In this document: positions 12,887 to 28,020 of the stretch, in pieces | How positions within the stretch are numbered: the stretch's first letter is position 1 | Layout: each line of letters opens with the position of its first letter | Source: Octopus vulgaris | Lineage: Eukaryota | Direction of reading: 5' to 3' | NCBI GenBank assembly: GCA_951406725.2 | Contig: OX597815.1 | Coordinates: 69,440,001 to 69,504,000, forward strand | DNA length: 64,000 nt | Translations under genes and position numbers: made by a program | The notes under the pieces: generated by a model | The model's database searches: none | Seen by the model: the letters and a program-made list of their open reading frames with translations, nothing else | What the model was told of the DNA's origin: nothing

Positions 12887-13212
12887 TGGAAGCTGCTTCG
12901 AAACCTCCAGCTTCTATATCCAGACTATGGATTCATATTCATGCCAATAAAAATTGGAGCACTAGGTTTTGTTAGTAAATGCCTAAAGGAGAATCTGGAT
13001 AAACTGGGATTTTCAGAAAGAGAAATCGACCGGCTAACTCATACATTACAAGTGCAATCTGTGAGTGGAAGAGTAAAAATATGCAAGACTTTTCTCAAGT
13101 TCCAAATATGAATTTCTCTATGTTAACTACATCCCAAAGATGGAGCCTCGTCTCTTTGTTGGAAACCTGCTCCCTCCTCAGTAGAAGATTTATAATAATT
13201 AAAAATTAAAAG
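12887..13212 (+). mobile_element. 5'-truncated 3' end of an RLE-type (R4/Dong-like) non-LTR retrotransposon within (TACA)n
   Basis: Open frame [54 protein letters not shown], a ~100-nt 3' UTR, and (TACA)n on both sides. Confidence 0.75.
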
Positions 13213-14116
13213 ATACATACATATATACACACATACATACATACATACATACATACATACATACATACATACATACATACATACATACATGCATGCATGC
13301 ATGCATGCATGCATACATACATACATACATACATACATACATGCATACATACATGCATGCATGCATGCATACATACATACATACATACATACATACATAC
13401 ATACATACATGTGTGTGCGTGTGTGTATGATTTTTACAAAGAAATAGTTGATTGTTAGGCTTAGTAGTTTCGTTACACTGTATAATGCTTTCGTTTTCCA
13501 TGCCTTATATATTTTTGGATTAATTTTATGATTGGAGCAATATGGTTGCAAAGTAAGTGTGGTGGAATCGTGTATTTTTTGTAGTATAAAAGGAGTGCCT
13601 TTATGGATAATTTGATTGTTTGAGCTGAAATATGGTGTTTGATGGGGAAGAAGTAATGGAATAATGCAGGGATAGGATGGTAATAAGGGGAAGAAGAGAA
13701 AGGAAAGTAAACTTTTTGAGGTGGTTACCGAATATCTCTCGCACCTATATCAACGTACATTGGTAAATGACCCCTTACAATAATATGAAATCATTGAGAA
13801 TTTCCTACACACAATATAATAAATTTAGCAGGGCAACTTGACTAGTATCAACAAAATTTTCAACAGATAGCGCTAAATGTAACGTATTTGTGACTTGAGC
13901 TCCTATACAAGTCTATCTTTTAGCATCTGGAATTAAATACATGCTCGAATGAACTCAAACAATTACATAAACGATCAGTAACTAATTACTTAACACTAAA
14001 TATAAACAATTTAGCAGAAGCCACCCAAATACAATCAACGGAGCTTTAGGTGCCATATCGGAAAAAAATGTTTGTACGATTCTCTTTATCCCACCAACAT
14101 CACTCATCATGTATTG

Positions 14117-14157
<41 letters not shown>

Positions 14158-14244
14158 ACACACACTCACGCACTCTATATCTGTCTGTCTATCTGCCTGC
14201 CTGCCCGTCTGTCTGTCTCTTCCTCTCCTCCCTTTCTGTCTCTC

Positions 14245-15410
14245 CTTGACATTATCCTAAAACCACTATGTAGTCATATACCCAGTTTCATTCGAGATGA
14301 CATCGATTTCCTGTCACATCTGCCTAAAACAGCAGAATCTCATTCAGTGTTAGTTAGTTTTGATGTAACAAACTTATATACAATCATTCCACATGATTTG
14401 GGACATACTGCCATAAAATATTGGGTCGAGAAACATAGAGAAGCAATCCCCAGTAGATTTACTGTAACCTTCATACTAGACCTGTGTCTGAACGTGTCAA
14501 AGTGCTGTCATCTGCCTGTTGGCTCTCCTCCTGCAACTCAACTTGATTTCGAGCCGGGTCGTCTGCTGCTGGAGAGGACCGATCAGGTAAAGGACCTGGG
14601 TATCTTGGTGGATTCCTCCTTTTCGCCTTCGGCCCAGTGCGTCCATGCTGCCAACAAAGCACGCGGAATTCTGTTCTTGGTTCGACGGTCATTCGGAATG
14701 CTCACAACAACCATATTCCTAACGCTCCATGTCACCCTGGTGAGACCCATATTGGAGTACGGGATTCAAGTCTCTTCTCCTTATCTCCTCAAAGACATAC
14801 AGCATCTCGAAAGAGTCCAGAAGCTGGCTACCCGCATGGTTCTTGGTCTCAAGAATTTGTCTTATGAAGAAAGGCTGAAGACGCTCGACATTTATTCTCT
14901 AGAAAAACGACGACGCCGTGGAGATCTCATTCTTGCTCACAACATCATAAGCAGAAAGTGTAACCGCTCGAAAGAGCTGTTCTTCACTCCTCCTCCAGAG
15001 CGTCGGCTGCGGGGTCATTCCGAAAAGCTCTATCTGCGACGATTTCATCTCAATCGAAGGAGAGGGGCTTTCTCCGTCCGGGTTGCGGATCCGTGGAATA
15101 AGCTGCCAGACGAGATGGTGAAGATGCCGACGACCGCTCGGTTCAAAGTCTCCCTTGACCTCAAGTGGCCTGAACTCTTTACATGAACACCACCCTGTAC
15201 ATAACTCCATGTCCCCCTACATGGCCTTGCTTTTTGCTTTTTGAGCCAAAAAATTAACTAACTAACTAACTAGACGCGGTTAGCCTTATCTACGAAAACG
15301 ATACATTCCTTTTCAATGGAAAAAACTACCTCCAAATTCGAGGCATAGCTATGGCTTCGCGATTTGCTCCAGTTTTCGCAAACTTAGTATTGGGATACTT
15401 GGAACAAAAC
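14245..15410 (+). pseudogene. Penelope-like element RT fragment interrupted by a CR1 insertion (PLE parts 14245-14481 and 15276-15410)
   Basis: LDIILKPL..SFIRDDIDFLSHLP..LVSFDVTNLYTIIPH (motif A) ..FILD | AVSLIYENDTFLFNGKNYLQIRGIAMASRFAPVFANLVLGYLE (motif B). The frame is continuous once the insert and one TSD copy are removed. Confidence 0.9.
14482..15268 (+). mobile_element. Young 5'-truncated CR1-clade LINE with (CTAA)n tail and 7-bp TSD ACTAGAC
   Basis: Uninterrupted LNVSKC..VKDLGILVD..LVRPILEYG..LERVQKLATRMV..SYEERLK..SLEKRRRRGDLI; TSD at 14475-14481 and 15269-15275. Confidence 0.93.
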
Positions 15411-15419
15411 CGATGTAAA

Positions 15420-15570
15420 AAAGTGCGTTGATGTGCGTGTCTGATGCCTAGGTTTCTAACTACAGCTGGTGGTGGTGATGGTTAGAGCTCCGTGTATGTA
15501 CACAGTTTCCTCGTTTGGATTCCTGTAAGGGTAGCACTTGCCCGTTTCAAGTCTTGGGTCCGTTTCAAGT
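15420..15570 (-). pseudogene. PLE RT thumb-region fragment from a second PLE family
   Basis: Minus strand LETGKCYPYRNPNEETVYIH(fs)SSNH(fs)PPAVVRNL, matching the PLE pattern YxPYRKPN..YIH..SNHPP. Confidence 0.65.
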
Positions 15571-15978
15571 CTTTCGGAAGTCGACCGTGATATAACAGCT
15601 CGTAAATGTTATGGAGAGGCCGAATTTTTTAAAGATCTTTTGTTTTTATGCCAAATTTAATAAAAAAACTACAATAAACTGAGGATTAGTTGATACTTTT
15701 TGTAGAGTATGTATTTATTATTCTTTAACAAGAATGGTGTTGAGAGTGACTCCAAAATTTCGATCCGCTTAGAATTCAACGGGCTGTGGTACATTACAGT
15801 CGAACTTATTTTTATATAGTCTCCGGCAAGTTTAATTTTGCTCGTGGATGTGGAGCTCTGTTGAATGATAATTAGATGATAGGATAGGTTCTAATGGAAA
15901 GATATTGTAGAAGATTTTATCAATTAAATTTAGAGTTGTTTTATTGTTCAGAATTACGTCACGCACATAAAACTTTGT

Positions 15979-16520
15979 AATTAGGTGTGTCTATTTAGGT
16001 GTGTCAGTTTTAGGTCTTCGGGCTGTTTTTTAGGGGTGTAGAGAAGAATGTAAATAGTAGAAAAGGTTAGTTGGTCAGAAGATGTGTAACTAGGTCTAGT
16101 CGGAAAATTTGTTTGAACACTGATAAAACATGTAACTGAGTTGTTTTTGGAATATGGAGGTTATTGCTCAGAGTTTTTTTTTCAGCATTTAGAAGTTTGC
16201 AATTAGGTACGTCAGCTTTAGGTCATGGAGTTTTTAAGGGTTCCTAGGGGATGTAAGTCGGTGGAAAGGTTAGTTGGTCAGTAGAATTCTTCACTTCTTG
16301 CTGTTGTTATTCAGGAAAATTAACTGGTTTGTGTTGGGAAGGTTGAGGCTACAATTCAGAGTTAAGTCCACCAAGTAAGACTCTGTACTTAGATGTGTTT
16401 ATTTAGGGGTGTCAGCTTAAGGTCATGGAAGTTTTAGAATAGAAATTTGTTTATCTTGTGGCTTATGATTCTGAAAAGGATATATAGGTCGATGGAAAGA
16501 TTAGTTAATCAGCAGATTTC
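15979..16520. repeat. Three diverged ~200-220-bp tandem units
   Basis: The motif gtcag(c/t)tt(t/a)aggtc...aaag(g/a)ttagtt(gg/aa)tcag recurs near 16005, 16211 and 16411. Confidence 0.6.
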
Positions 16521-16730
16521 TTGCTATGCTTTACTTTTTCTTGATGTTCTTTGTTTATTATTTATTACTCAATGCTTTTAAACTGGTAGACAGTGATTTG
16601 AGGAAAAATTGGTTGCTTCTTCCACCAGGTGAAACTACTGCGTAGAGAATACTTCACTGCATGGTTATCGGATATCATATAGAGAAAATTTCACTATGTA
16701 ACGCAGCCATATGTAGACAAAACATACAGG

Positions 16731-16836
<106 letters not shown>

Positions 16837-17006
16837 TACACACACACACTCATAGACATACACATGCTCAAACTCGCGTAGACATATATACTTATATTGT
16901 TTAACAGAAGATTTAGATAACAATTGTTTATATGAATTCAGATATGTTTTAAATATGCGTACATATACATATATGAATGTATGTATGGACATGCATGCAT
17001 ACATAA

Positions 17007-17056
<50 letters not shown>

Positions 17057-17889
17057 GCATATACAGATATATATATATATTTATATTTATATATACATAT
17101 ATATATATAATACATATATAATGTATATATAATATAAATATATATACATATAAAAAGAACATTTATACATGCATATATACCTATATATATTGATATATAT
17201 ATGTCTATATATATATGTATGAATACATATATACTCATATATATATATATATATACATATATACATATATATACACACACATACATTTATATATATATAT
17301 ATATAGATGCACATATGTATATACTCACAGCTTTTAAGCGATCTATGCGCGCATTCTTTTCTATGCATATATGTGTCTATGTATGAGTATATGTATATGT
17401 ATGCATACATAATACACACACACACACATACACTCACACTCACACACATATATGCATTCATGTACAAATCCAATATCTGTTTGCATACATTTTGTAAAGA
17501 AACATCTCTCTCAGCCAGTCCCCTACCCTCTTCTTTCTCTCTCATACTTTCACTCACATATTCATGAACTGATAAGCGTGTGTATGTATGTCTGCATAGA
17601 AGTGTGTGTGTGCGCACGCGTATGTATTTGTGTGAGAGCATACTTTAACAGAAAATTTATGTAACAATTGTTGATATATGGATTCAGACATTTTCAGCAG
17701 CATAAAATATTCAGCAGCAGCAGCAGTATCAAAAGTAAATGCATGTATGTATGTATGTATGTATGTATGTATGTATGTGTGTATGCGTACAAATGTATGT
17801 ATGTATGTATGTATGTAGTGTGTGTGCATGCGTACAAATATATGTATACGTACGTATGTATATATATATATATATATATATATAAAGAA

Positions 17890-18235
17890 TGGCCCAGTGG
17901 TTAGTGTAGCGGACTCGCGGTCATAGGATCGCAGCTTCGATTCCCCGACCGGGCGTTGTGAGTGTTTATTGAGCGAAAACACCTAAAGCTCCACGAGGCC
18001 CCGGCAGTGGGTGGTGGCGAACCCTGCTGTACTCTTTCACCACAACTTTCTCTCACACTTTCTTCCTGTTTCTGTTGTACCTGTATTTCAAAGGGCCAGC
18101 CTTGTCACACTCTGTGTCACGCTGAATCTCTCTGAGAACTACGTTAAGGGTACACCTTCACGTTAATTTCACGAGCAGGCTGTTCCGTTGATCGGATCAA
18201 CTGGAACCCTCATCGTCGTAACCGACGGAGTGCCA

Positions 18236-18236
<1 letters not shown>
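17890..18236 (+). mobile_element. tRNA-derived SINE family B
   Basis: A/B-box-like head; body cttgtcacactc..cacgctgaatctc..gtcgtaaccgacggagtgc shared with 25081 and 58396; flanked by (TA)n. Confidence 0.85.
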
Positions 18237-18292
<56 letters not shown>

Positions 18293-18514
18293 ATATTATA
18301 TTATATACAGTTATGTTTATATATGTGTGTGTGTGTACTCGTATACAGAGAAAAGAGAGAGAGAGAGGTAAGCAGAGAGACAGGCAGATAGACAGATAGA
18401 GAGGGAGTGAGAGAAATTGGAAGACGGATACACTACATGTACAAACATACATTACATATGGATATATCTTGAATCGTTCCTATACATAAATATGTATTTA
18501 CATGCACACACACA

Positions 18515-18558
<44 letters not shown>

Positions 18559-19335
18559 GATATCTCTATGTTTATGTCTGTATGTGTGCCTACCTATTGG
18601 CGAATATTTAGTTATTTTATCTAAAATTATATTTATCGAATCGATAATTTATATTCTCTTTAAGATTATACAATAATTAGTTTACATGCAAACTCCAACT
18701 GGAATAAATTGGTGCGTCTTATTTTTGTTTTTCTCGCTCCAACTCTCGCTTATTAAGTGTTCTCCTCCCCTCTTTTATCTCTCTCTTTCTCTATCTATCT
18801 GTCTAGCTTTCTCATTTCACTCGTCTGTTACTCCCATATTCTCACATATAATTTCTCTCCACTCCCTGCCTCACTTACTTTATCTCCACCCTCATCATCT
18901 GCATAATAGTTTCCTTTCGTATGGAGATATATACGAGATATACTAGAAATATGCTCCCTCCGCTTTCTAATTTTTTTAATCTTTCTCTCATTCTCTCAAG
19001 AATATAATTCTCTTATAGCCTTAGTCTTTCACTCTCTCACTCTCCCTTTCTCTCTTTCTGCCTCTCATTAACTCTTATATCTATCAGTTATACTCTTCTT
19101 TTTCTTTCTTTTGTCTTAATCTCTCTCTCCTTTCCCCTGTTCTTACTCTCTCTTTTTCATCTCTTATTCTCTTCCATGCTGTCCCTTAATTATTCACTCC
19201 TTACTACACATACGTGCGCACACTGGTATACATGTATATGTATACATTATACTTACGTGTGTGTGTGTGTGTGCGTGTATATATATATGCATACATATGC
19301 ACACAAATAAAAGTACATATTAAATATATATATAA

Positions 19336-19426
<91 letters not shown>

Positions 19427-19430
<4 letters not shown>

Positions 19431-19648
19431 ATCCAAACAAGAAAGCACACAAAACACAACAACGCGAGGACGTGGAACAAATATAGTATTATTGGACGCT
19501 CAGGAAAGAAGGAAAGAAGGAGGGTGTAACATTTCGAGCGGAGCTCTTCGTCGAAAACATAGGAGAAGGAAAGATCCAGAGAAGGGAAGACAGAAGAAAA
19601 AAAAATCGCCAACGGTACACACGAGGTCACATTTTGAAAGCTCACACT

Positions 19649-19650
<2 letters not shown>
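19427..19650 (-). mobile_element. (TA)n-flanked PLE pLTR-like module (family H2) with degenerate hammerhead at 19525-19558
   Basis: Minus strand tt TCGACGA A GAGC tcc GCTC GAAA TG TT; homologous to 28021-28200. Confidence 0.55.
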
Positions 19651-19693
<43 letters not shown>

Positions 19694-19705
19694 CATATAT
19701 GTATG

Positions 19706-19750
<45 letters not shown>

Positions 19751-19854
19751 GTATGTATGTATATACATGTATACAGACATATGTACGTATGTATGTATAA
19801 TTATGTATATATGCATGCATACATGTATGCATATATGTATGTAAAAATGTACGA

Positions 19855-20800
19855 CAGATGAGCATATTTTTCTTATTAGCTTGAAATGGCTTTGTTTTTA
19901 TATCTTTTGGATAGCCCGAAGTAAAGCGTAAGTGTTTCTTAGCGCTTGTCAGTTTCAATGCTTGTATATATTTTGATGATCAAAATATCTGCGAAAGACA
20001 AGTGATTGTGACTGTATTACATTGTGGAGTGTAAATTGTTGTTTATATTATTATTTAGGGTTTTGAAATCATTGACTTTATTTAAACTGCAGGTCACAGA
20101 GTGAGGAAATTATTCAAGTAACATTTCCAACAGACATTTACGGAAGTTGTCTAGATTGTTCAAAATAGTTGACCTTTAGATATGCCATTACAAAACTGGC
20201 TTAAATCAGGCCAAATTTTGTCACCATTGCAGGCCCAGATACTGTCTTTAATATCAGACAATTATTTTGTTGGATGAATACTATATTTCTTTAGCAACAA
20301 ACCTTTTTTACATTAGGTCTGGAATTTCGTTCGCGATTTTCCCAGTTCGGAATGTTATTGCTTCTAGTTATAGAGGTTTTCAACATCAAATGATACGATA
20401 ATAGTATTTCTGTTGACTTTAATCGGGAGGTGATTTAAAGGGTCCATGTCATCTTTAATAAGATTTAGTACATTTTTCAGAATATTTTACAGCAGTGTAT
20501 CTACAAAGTTGCTGAGTCTACATAGGACGGGTTCGCTACAATAGGATTTAATTTAAGACTATTGACTGCGTGATATGTTTATATATTCTAAACTTGATTC
20601 TTTACAGACGTCGTATATTGTTTTGCTCGTGTAGATTCGGGAATTTGTAGAAAATTTTAATTTTGCTTCATTAAACCTTTTCGGTATAAGTGAAATCATA
20701 AATGATGTATGATTTAGGTTCAAAATCAGTTTTTAAGGGAGGGATTAGCTGCTTACATAGCTAACTTCGTTAGAATTTGAAGGGAGAATATAAAGAGTCA
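19855..20800 (-). pseudogene. Degenerate Penelope-like RT, related to the 14245 family
   Basis: Minus strand [76 protein letters not shown]. Confidence 0.82.
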
Positions 20801-20862
20801 GAACAAATATTACCACAGATACATATAATAACTATGTACATATATATACATGATGTATGATA

Positions 20863-20934
<72 letters not shown>

Positions 20935-20961
20935 CATATATCATATATCATACATATGTAT

Positions 20962-21897
20962 GTTGCTAATCTTCTACAAAATGATCAAGGTACCATATGG
21001 GCTGAAGAAAACAACATGCAATTTAATGCAAGTAAATTCTAAGACCTTCGCTATCAGATAGCTAGTGCTCCCATGCAGCAATAAGAATACTTTGGAACAA
21101 AAGGAGCGACAATCCCAGAGCCATGTACAGTACGTGAGCTGGGGATTGATATGAACAGCGACGTCTCGTTTCACGTATATATCACCACGATGATGAAAAT
21201 GTGCAAACGAATGGCTGGATAGATTCTGAGAACCTTCAGAATATGGTATCAGGAAATTATACTGGTTCTATGGAGGACACTTGTACTCAGCCGTCTGAAC
21301 TACTGTTCTCAACTGTGGTCATCCCCACGGTGTCAAATTAACAGCGGAACTTGAAACAGTTCAGCGGTGCTACACCAGGAAAATTTCATCAATGGAACAG
21401 ATGAATAACTGAGAGAGACTGAGAAAGCTACGACTCTTCTCCCTGAAGCAAGGACGGTATAAATATATAATGGTATACATATGGAAGATCCTGGAGGGGC
21501 TGGTACCAGACTTTGGTATCAAGAGCTATACTAACCCCTGAACTGGATGTCACTACATTGTTCCAAAGGTCTCAGTTATCCCATATAGAATGAGGACCAT
21601 GTACTGCAGTAGCTTGGAATTCAAGGGCTTACAGCTATTAATGCCCTGTCAAAACATCTGAGGGATATTCACGGAGTAGAGATGGATGTTTTCAAGAAAC
21701 AACTTAATTTCCTGCGGTCCAAGGTCCCAGATGAACCTATATCACGACAAGAAACTCAAAAGAGGGTAGCTGTGTTGAACTCTCTCTTTCACCAAAAGCA
21801 AATCGCATAAGAATGGCCACTGAAAATGTGATGACACTGATGGTGCTCCAGTATGACCACAGCCTTTGGGCTGAAACATATCAAAAAGTAAAAGAAT
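20962..21897 (+). mobile_element. CR1/Jockey-group LINE 3' relic
   Basis: WAEENNMQFNASKF..VRELGIDM..ILRTFR..LWRTLVLSRLNYCSQLWS..LETVQRCYTRKI..ERLRKLRLFSL..YIWKILEGLVP, with stops. Confidence 0.88.
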
Positions 21898-22289
21898 ATA
21901 TAATATATATATAATATATATTTATATATTACATGCATGTATGTATAAGATATAATATATATACATACATACACACACATACGTGTGTGTGTGTTCATGC
22001 GCGCGCGTGTGTGTAACGAAACCTCCATAAACTACAAACCCCTAAACAAGTATAGTCTTTACCATAATTACATTCCCCATGTCGGACAATGATGTAATAG
22101 CAACGTATGGCATAAGATATACAACAAAACGATATATACATACATACTTACCCCCCATCCTCTCCTCTCCCCCTTCTCCTCCCCCTCTTCTTCCTCTCCC
22201 CTCTTCTCTCCCTCCCCTCTTCTCCTCACTACACCACATGACTTTACACATCACATCACATATGATGTGCCATACTAATACACACACCA

Positions 22290-23050
<761 letters not shown>

Positions 23051-23077
23051 TATATACACACACATATGTGTGCGTGT

Positions 23078-23120
<43 letters not shown>

Positions 23121-23725
23121 TGTGTGTTTATACGACGGTTCTGAAGCCATCACTATCACCACTCCCCCTACAACCTATCTCTCCTGCTACTACAACACAA
23201 ACGATAAAATTGATCAGCAAAACCAGAAAAGAAATACATAAACACCATCTCTACCCAGCTATTTTGCTACTTCATCGCCGCCATCCCCAACACCTCCGTC
23301 ACCACCACCGCCACCACCAACACCACTATCACAAGCACTCGAAACTATCAATCCGACCATATACAACTGTGACAGAAGCGATTTAAACAAACAACTGCTG
23401 CAACAGTTGCCGCTGCAACAACAACGACAGTTGTGAGTCGGCCAATTGCATCTGCAACACTAACTGCACACAGGTGCATTGTCATTTTACTATTTGTGTA
23501 TAATTGCAGCAAATCCATGCTGCTGTTGTTGTTGTTGCCACCGCTGTGTATTCGTTGCATGGCTAGGGTCTAGCAGACATCTGGTCAAAAAGCGTGCCAA
23601 TCGTGATAATTCTGCCTTTTAGACGGTAGCCGGTAGAAAGTAGTTGAGTGAGATTTGGCTGCTATGTCTAGCTAGTCGAACAACATTATAGTGAGATCCA
23701 TGTTTGTCATGACACCTTATACAAG

Positions 23726-23836
<111 letters not shown>

Positions 23837-24789
23837 ATGTATGTATGTATGTGTGTCTGTGTGTCCGTCTGTCTTTCTGTCTACCTTTGTGTACATGTTT
23901 ACATACATACGTAAGTCTGTGTGTGCCTGTGTGTGCTCGCGTATGAAAGCTTTTGGCTTAATGGCTAGGGTGGTAGGTTCAATTCTTAGACCAGGTTACT
24001 CCAGTAGACTTAGCTGAAAATGAGTACCAGTGGCAGCCGGCTCCCATTGAGTTCACCACGTGAATTCATAGGAGTTTCAAAAGATGGTCAGAGTCTGCGA
24101 AAGTAGTTCCCGTCTGTATTCGTAAGCCACCATATACGACCGATGGCAGGTCGCCCCCGTGTTACGCCTTCTCGCTGTAGAATACTTGCAGACGCGATCC
24201 AACGCCACCAGAAAGCCGTCGGATTCTGGAACAGACACCGCCTGAAAAAATCACCATTGCCCTCCAGTTAGCCGGGTTGCAGCCCTAGCATTGGTGTCAG
24301 ACTTGTCCGCCTTGGGTGGCCCAACCAGAGATTCGAAGTCCCCGATGACATAGCCCTTCACTCACTCGTTTAACCTTCCACCCACGATGAGGTCAAGGGT
24401 TGGACTTAGAGGAAGGAATGTCATGTTATTTATGGAGAATCTTTGGTCCCCGAGATTATCTCCTCTTATCATTTGACGTTAGCCCCAATTGCCACCATGC
24501 GATTATTTCAGAAAAGGAGATAATTTCAGTAAACCCCAAAAATTATGCTGTACGGCAATTAATATACCTATCATTGTCAGTATTATGTTAAAAGTTTTGG
24601 CAGAGCCTTGTGTCAAATACGTAGTTCTTATTCGCCAAAATGTTAGAAAGTGGTTAAGAAGCTTGCTTTGGAACTACGGGGTTTCGGGTTCAGTTCCACT
24701 ACACATCACCTTCTACTATAGCTCTCGGTTAACCAAAGTCTTAAGAGTGGATTTGCTCGACAGAAACGTTATGGAAGCCCGTTGTTTCT

Positions 24790-24843
<54 letters not shown>

Positions 24844-24851
<8 letters not shown>

Positions 24852-25067
24852 TGTGCTGAAAAGTTCTTGGTTTTACGGGTATCACAAAAGGCCTGGTCGG
24901 AGGCCTAAACTTCCGAGTTCTTTTACAGGGCTTAGAGAAACTGAGGGATCGCTGCAATAAATGTGTGAATCTGAGAGGGGAATATTTTGAAGAATAAAAC
25001 CATAATTAACTGATCCTTCTGTGTTTTCGTTTAGGCCAAACCAGGCACCTTTCAGCACTCCTTTGTA
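24844..25067 (+). mobile_element. Mariner-derived MITE
   Basis: Imperfect TIRs acgagggg..tgctgaaaagttcttgg / ccaggcacctttcagcactcctttgt; retains the transposase C-terminus GLEKLRDRCNKCVNLRGEYFEE*. Confidence 0.85.
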
Positions 25068-25080
25068 TATATATATAAAG

Positions 25081-26000
<920 letters not shown>

Positions 26001-26081
26001 TTTATATATGCATGTATATATACATGTAGATGTAGGTACGTACATATATGTTTGTATGTATGCATATATTTTTATTTATCT

Positions 26082-26197
<116 letters not shown>

Positions 26198-26920
26198 AAT
26201 CTTCTCACCACCACTTGACAACTGGTGTTGATTTGTTTACGACTCCGTAACTTAGCAGTTTGAACACAAAGTGACTGATAGAATAATTATCATACTTTAA
26301 AAGAAAAAGAAGTATATATGTCGATTTATTCAATCAAAAACGCTTGAAGGCAATGTCCCAGTTGGCTGCAGTGCAGCGACTGAAACAAGTGAAAGAAGCA
26401 AGGAATTAATATACCTTTATTAATATACCTTTATTCCCCTTTAGTATTATAAAACGTTTCAAGGCATTCTTGTGTCAAATATGTAATTCTTATACTCTAA
26501 ATATTATAAAATCCAATATATAGATAACGAGACTACTACACTGAATTACCTTCCCACACGTGATGTAGTTATAATAGTTGAGGAAGTTGTATTTAATCTA
26601 TGGTTCCATCCATATTATAATATTGTGAACACTTGAAACTCTCTGAGTCTATAAACGTGTATACGATGACAATAGGCCCGGAAGTGAACTGTTTGGTATC
26701 TTCCTGTATGAAACACGTTACATCATTCATCATGGTTCCCTTAAGGGAAAGTGATACAAATATAATGTCTTAACACGTGGTGTGCTTAAGGTGGTATTAT
26801 ATGAAGTTTCCTGTGATTACTGATTAGATCAAGGTCAGTTTCAACCAGCCAGACGTATCACCGGCATTCTAGGCTTGATCATCCCAACTTTTCTTCTTCA
26901 TTTGGGTATTTTTAACATTT

Positions 26921-27306
26921 ATCTTTTACTTGTTTCAGTGATTAGACTGCGGCCATGCTGGGGCTCGGCATGAAGCGGTTTTAGTCGAATGAACTGATCC
27001 CAGTGCTTTTTTAAAGCCCGCTACTTTTCCTGTCGATCCGTTTTGCCGAACAGCTAAATTACAGGGACTTAAACACATCAACACCGATTGTCAAGCGGTG
27101 GTGGGATACAAACACAAAGCACCCCCACAACACACTTATGTATATATATGCCGGGCTTCTTTCAGTTTCAGTTTACCAAATCTACTCACAAGGCTTTGGT
27201 CGCCCCGAGGCTGTTGTAGAAGACACTTGCTCAAGGTACAACACAGTGGGACTGAACCCGGAACCATATGGTTAGGAAGCAAGCTTCTTACCACTCAGCC
27301 ACGCCT
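26921..27306 (-). mobile_element. SINE family A, full-length
   Basis: Complete head-to-tail match with 35884 and 49018. Confidence 0.9.
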
Positions 27307-27822
27307 GTGCCTAGAACCTTTTCTCTTTTATTTTAAGTGTCCCTGTATTTCATGGAAAGTTTGGTATAATTCTAAATTATCTTAACTATTCGATTAATTT
27401 CATTTGCTACGGTTTACACGATTTTGCAATTTGCCTTCACCTTAGCTGTATTGTTTGAGTTTTTGATCTGCAGTATGTGATTATATTTGTAAATAAAAAC
27501 ATATAACATTATGTAAAATCTACAGTGTTCCTTTTAGTTTACTTTTTATACATACGCAAATGCATATGCTCCTACCATATACATGTGTGTGTGCTTGTGT
27601 GTGTACACAAAGAGAAAAAGAGAGAGAGAGTTGTTAGTGAGGGATTATCAGTCTGGGCAAAATACTTTATCCGCTCTCTGTTTAGTACGCTAACACTACT
27701 GTTTAGATTAGTAAAGAACTCCAACTATTCTTGTAGCAGGGCCCGAGGTTATAGTTCATCACCATTCTATATTGTAAATGTGGTTGTGTTCCCAGTTATA
27801 CTAATTTTCTTACATAGTGATA

Positions 27823-28020
27823 TACAAGACGAAGCATAAATAAGGATCATTACATATTTTTTATTGTAGTATATATATAAGACAAGGCATAAGTAATGGT
27901 AATTATTTTTTTTTCTTTTTATTGTAGTAAATTTGAATATCTATAAGTCAAATTTACTACAATAAAAAGAATGAAAAATGTCATTACCAATATTTATGCC
28001 TTGTCTTATATATATATATA
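27823..28020. repeat. Two direct copies and one inverted copy of a ~55-65-bp unit
   Basis: Arms 27870-27936 and 27948-28020 with an 11-nt loop; a diverged direct copy lies at 27823-27870. Confidence 0.75.

Noticed and set aside
14050-15186. Longest ORF (378 aa) as a host or domesticated gene
   Set aside because: It starts at GTG within simple repeats, is fully explained by a PLE fragment plus a CR1 insert with TSD, and lacks the RT catalytic YxDD.
15255-15272. (CTAA)n as telomeric repeat
   Set aside because: It is the microsatellite tail of the CR1 insert, not (CCCTAA)n.
24020-24400. GC-richer block resembling a LINE 5' UTR or HDV-like ribozyme
   Set aside because: I could not assemble the nested double pseudoknot by eye, and no linked ORF is present.
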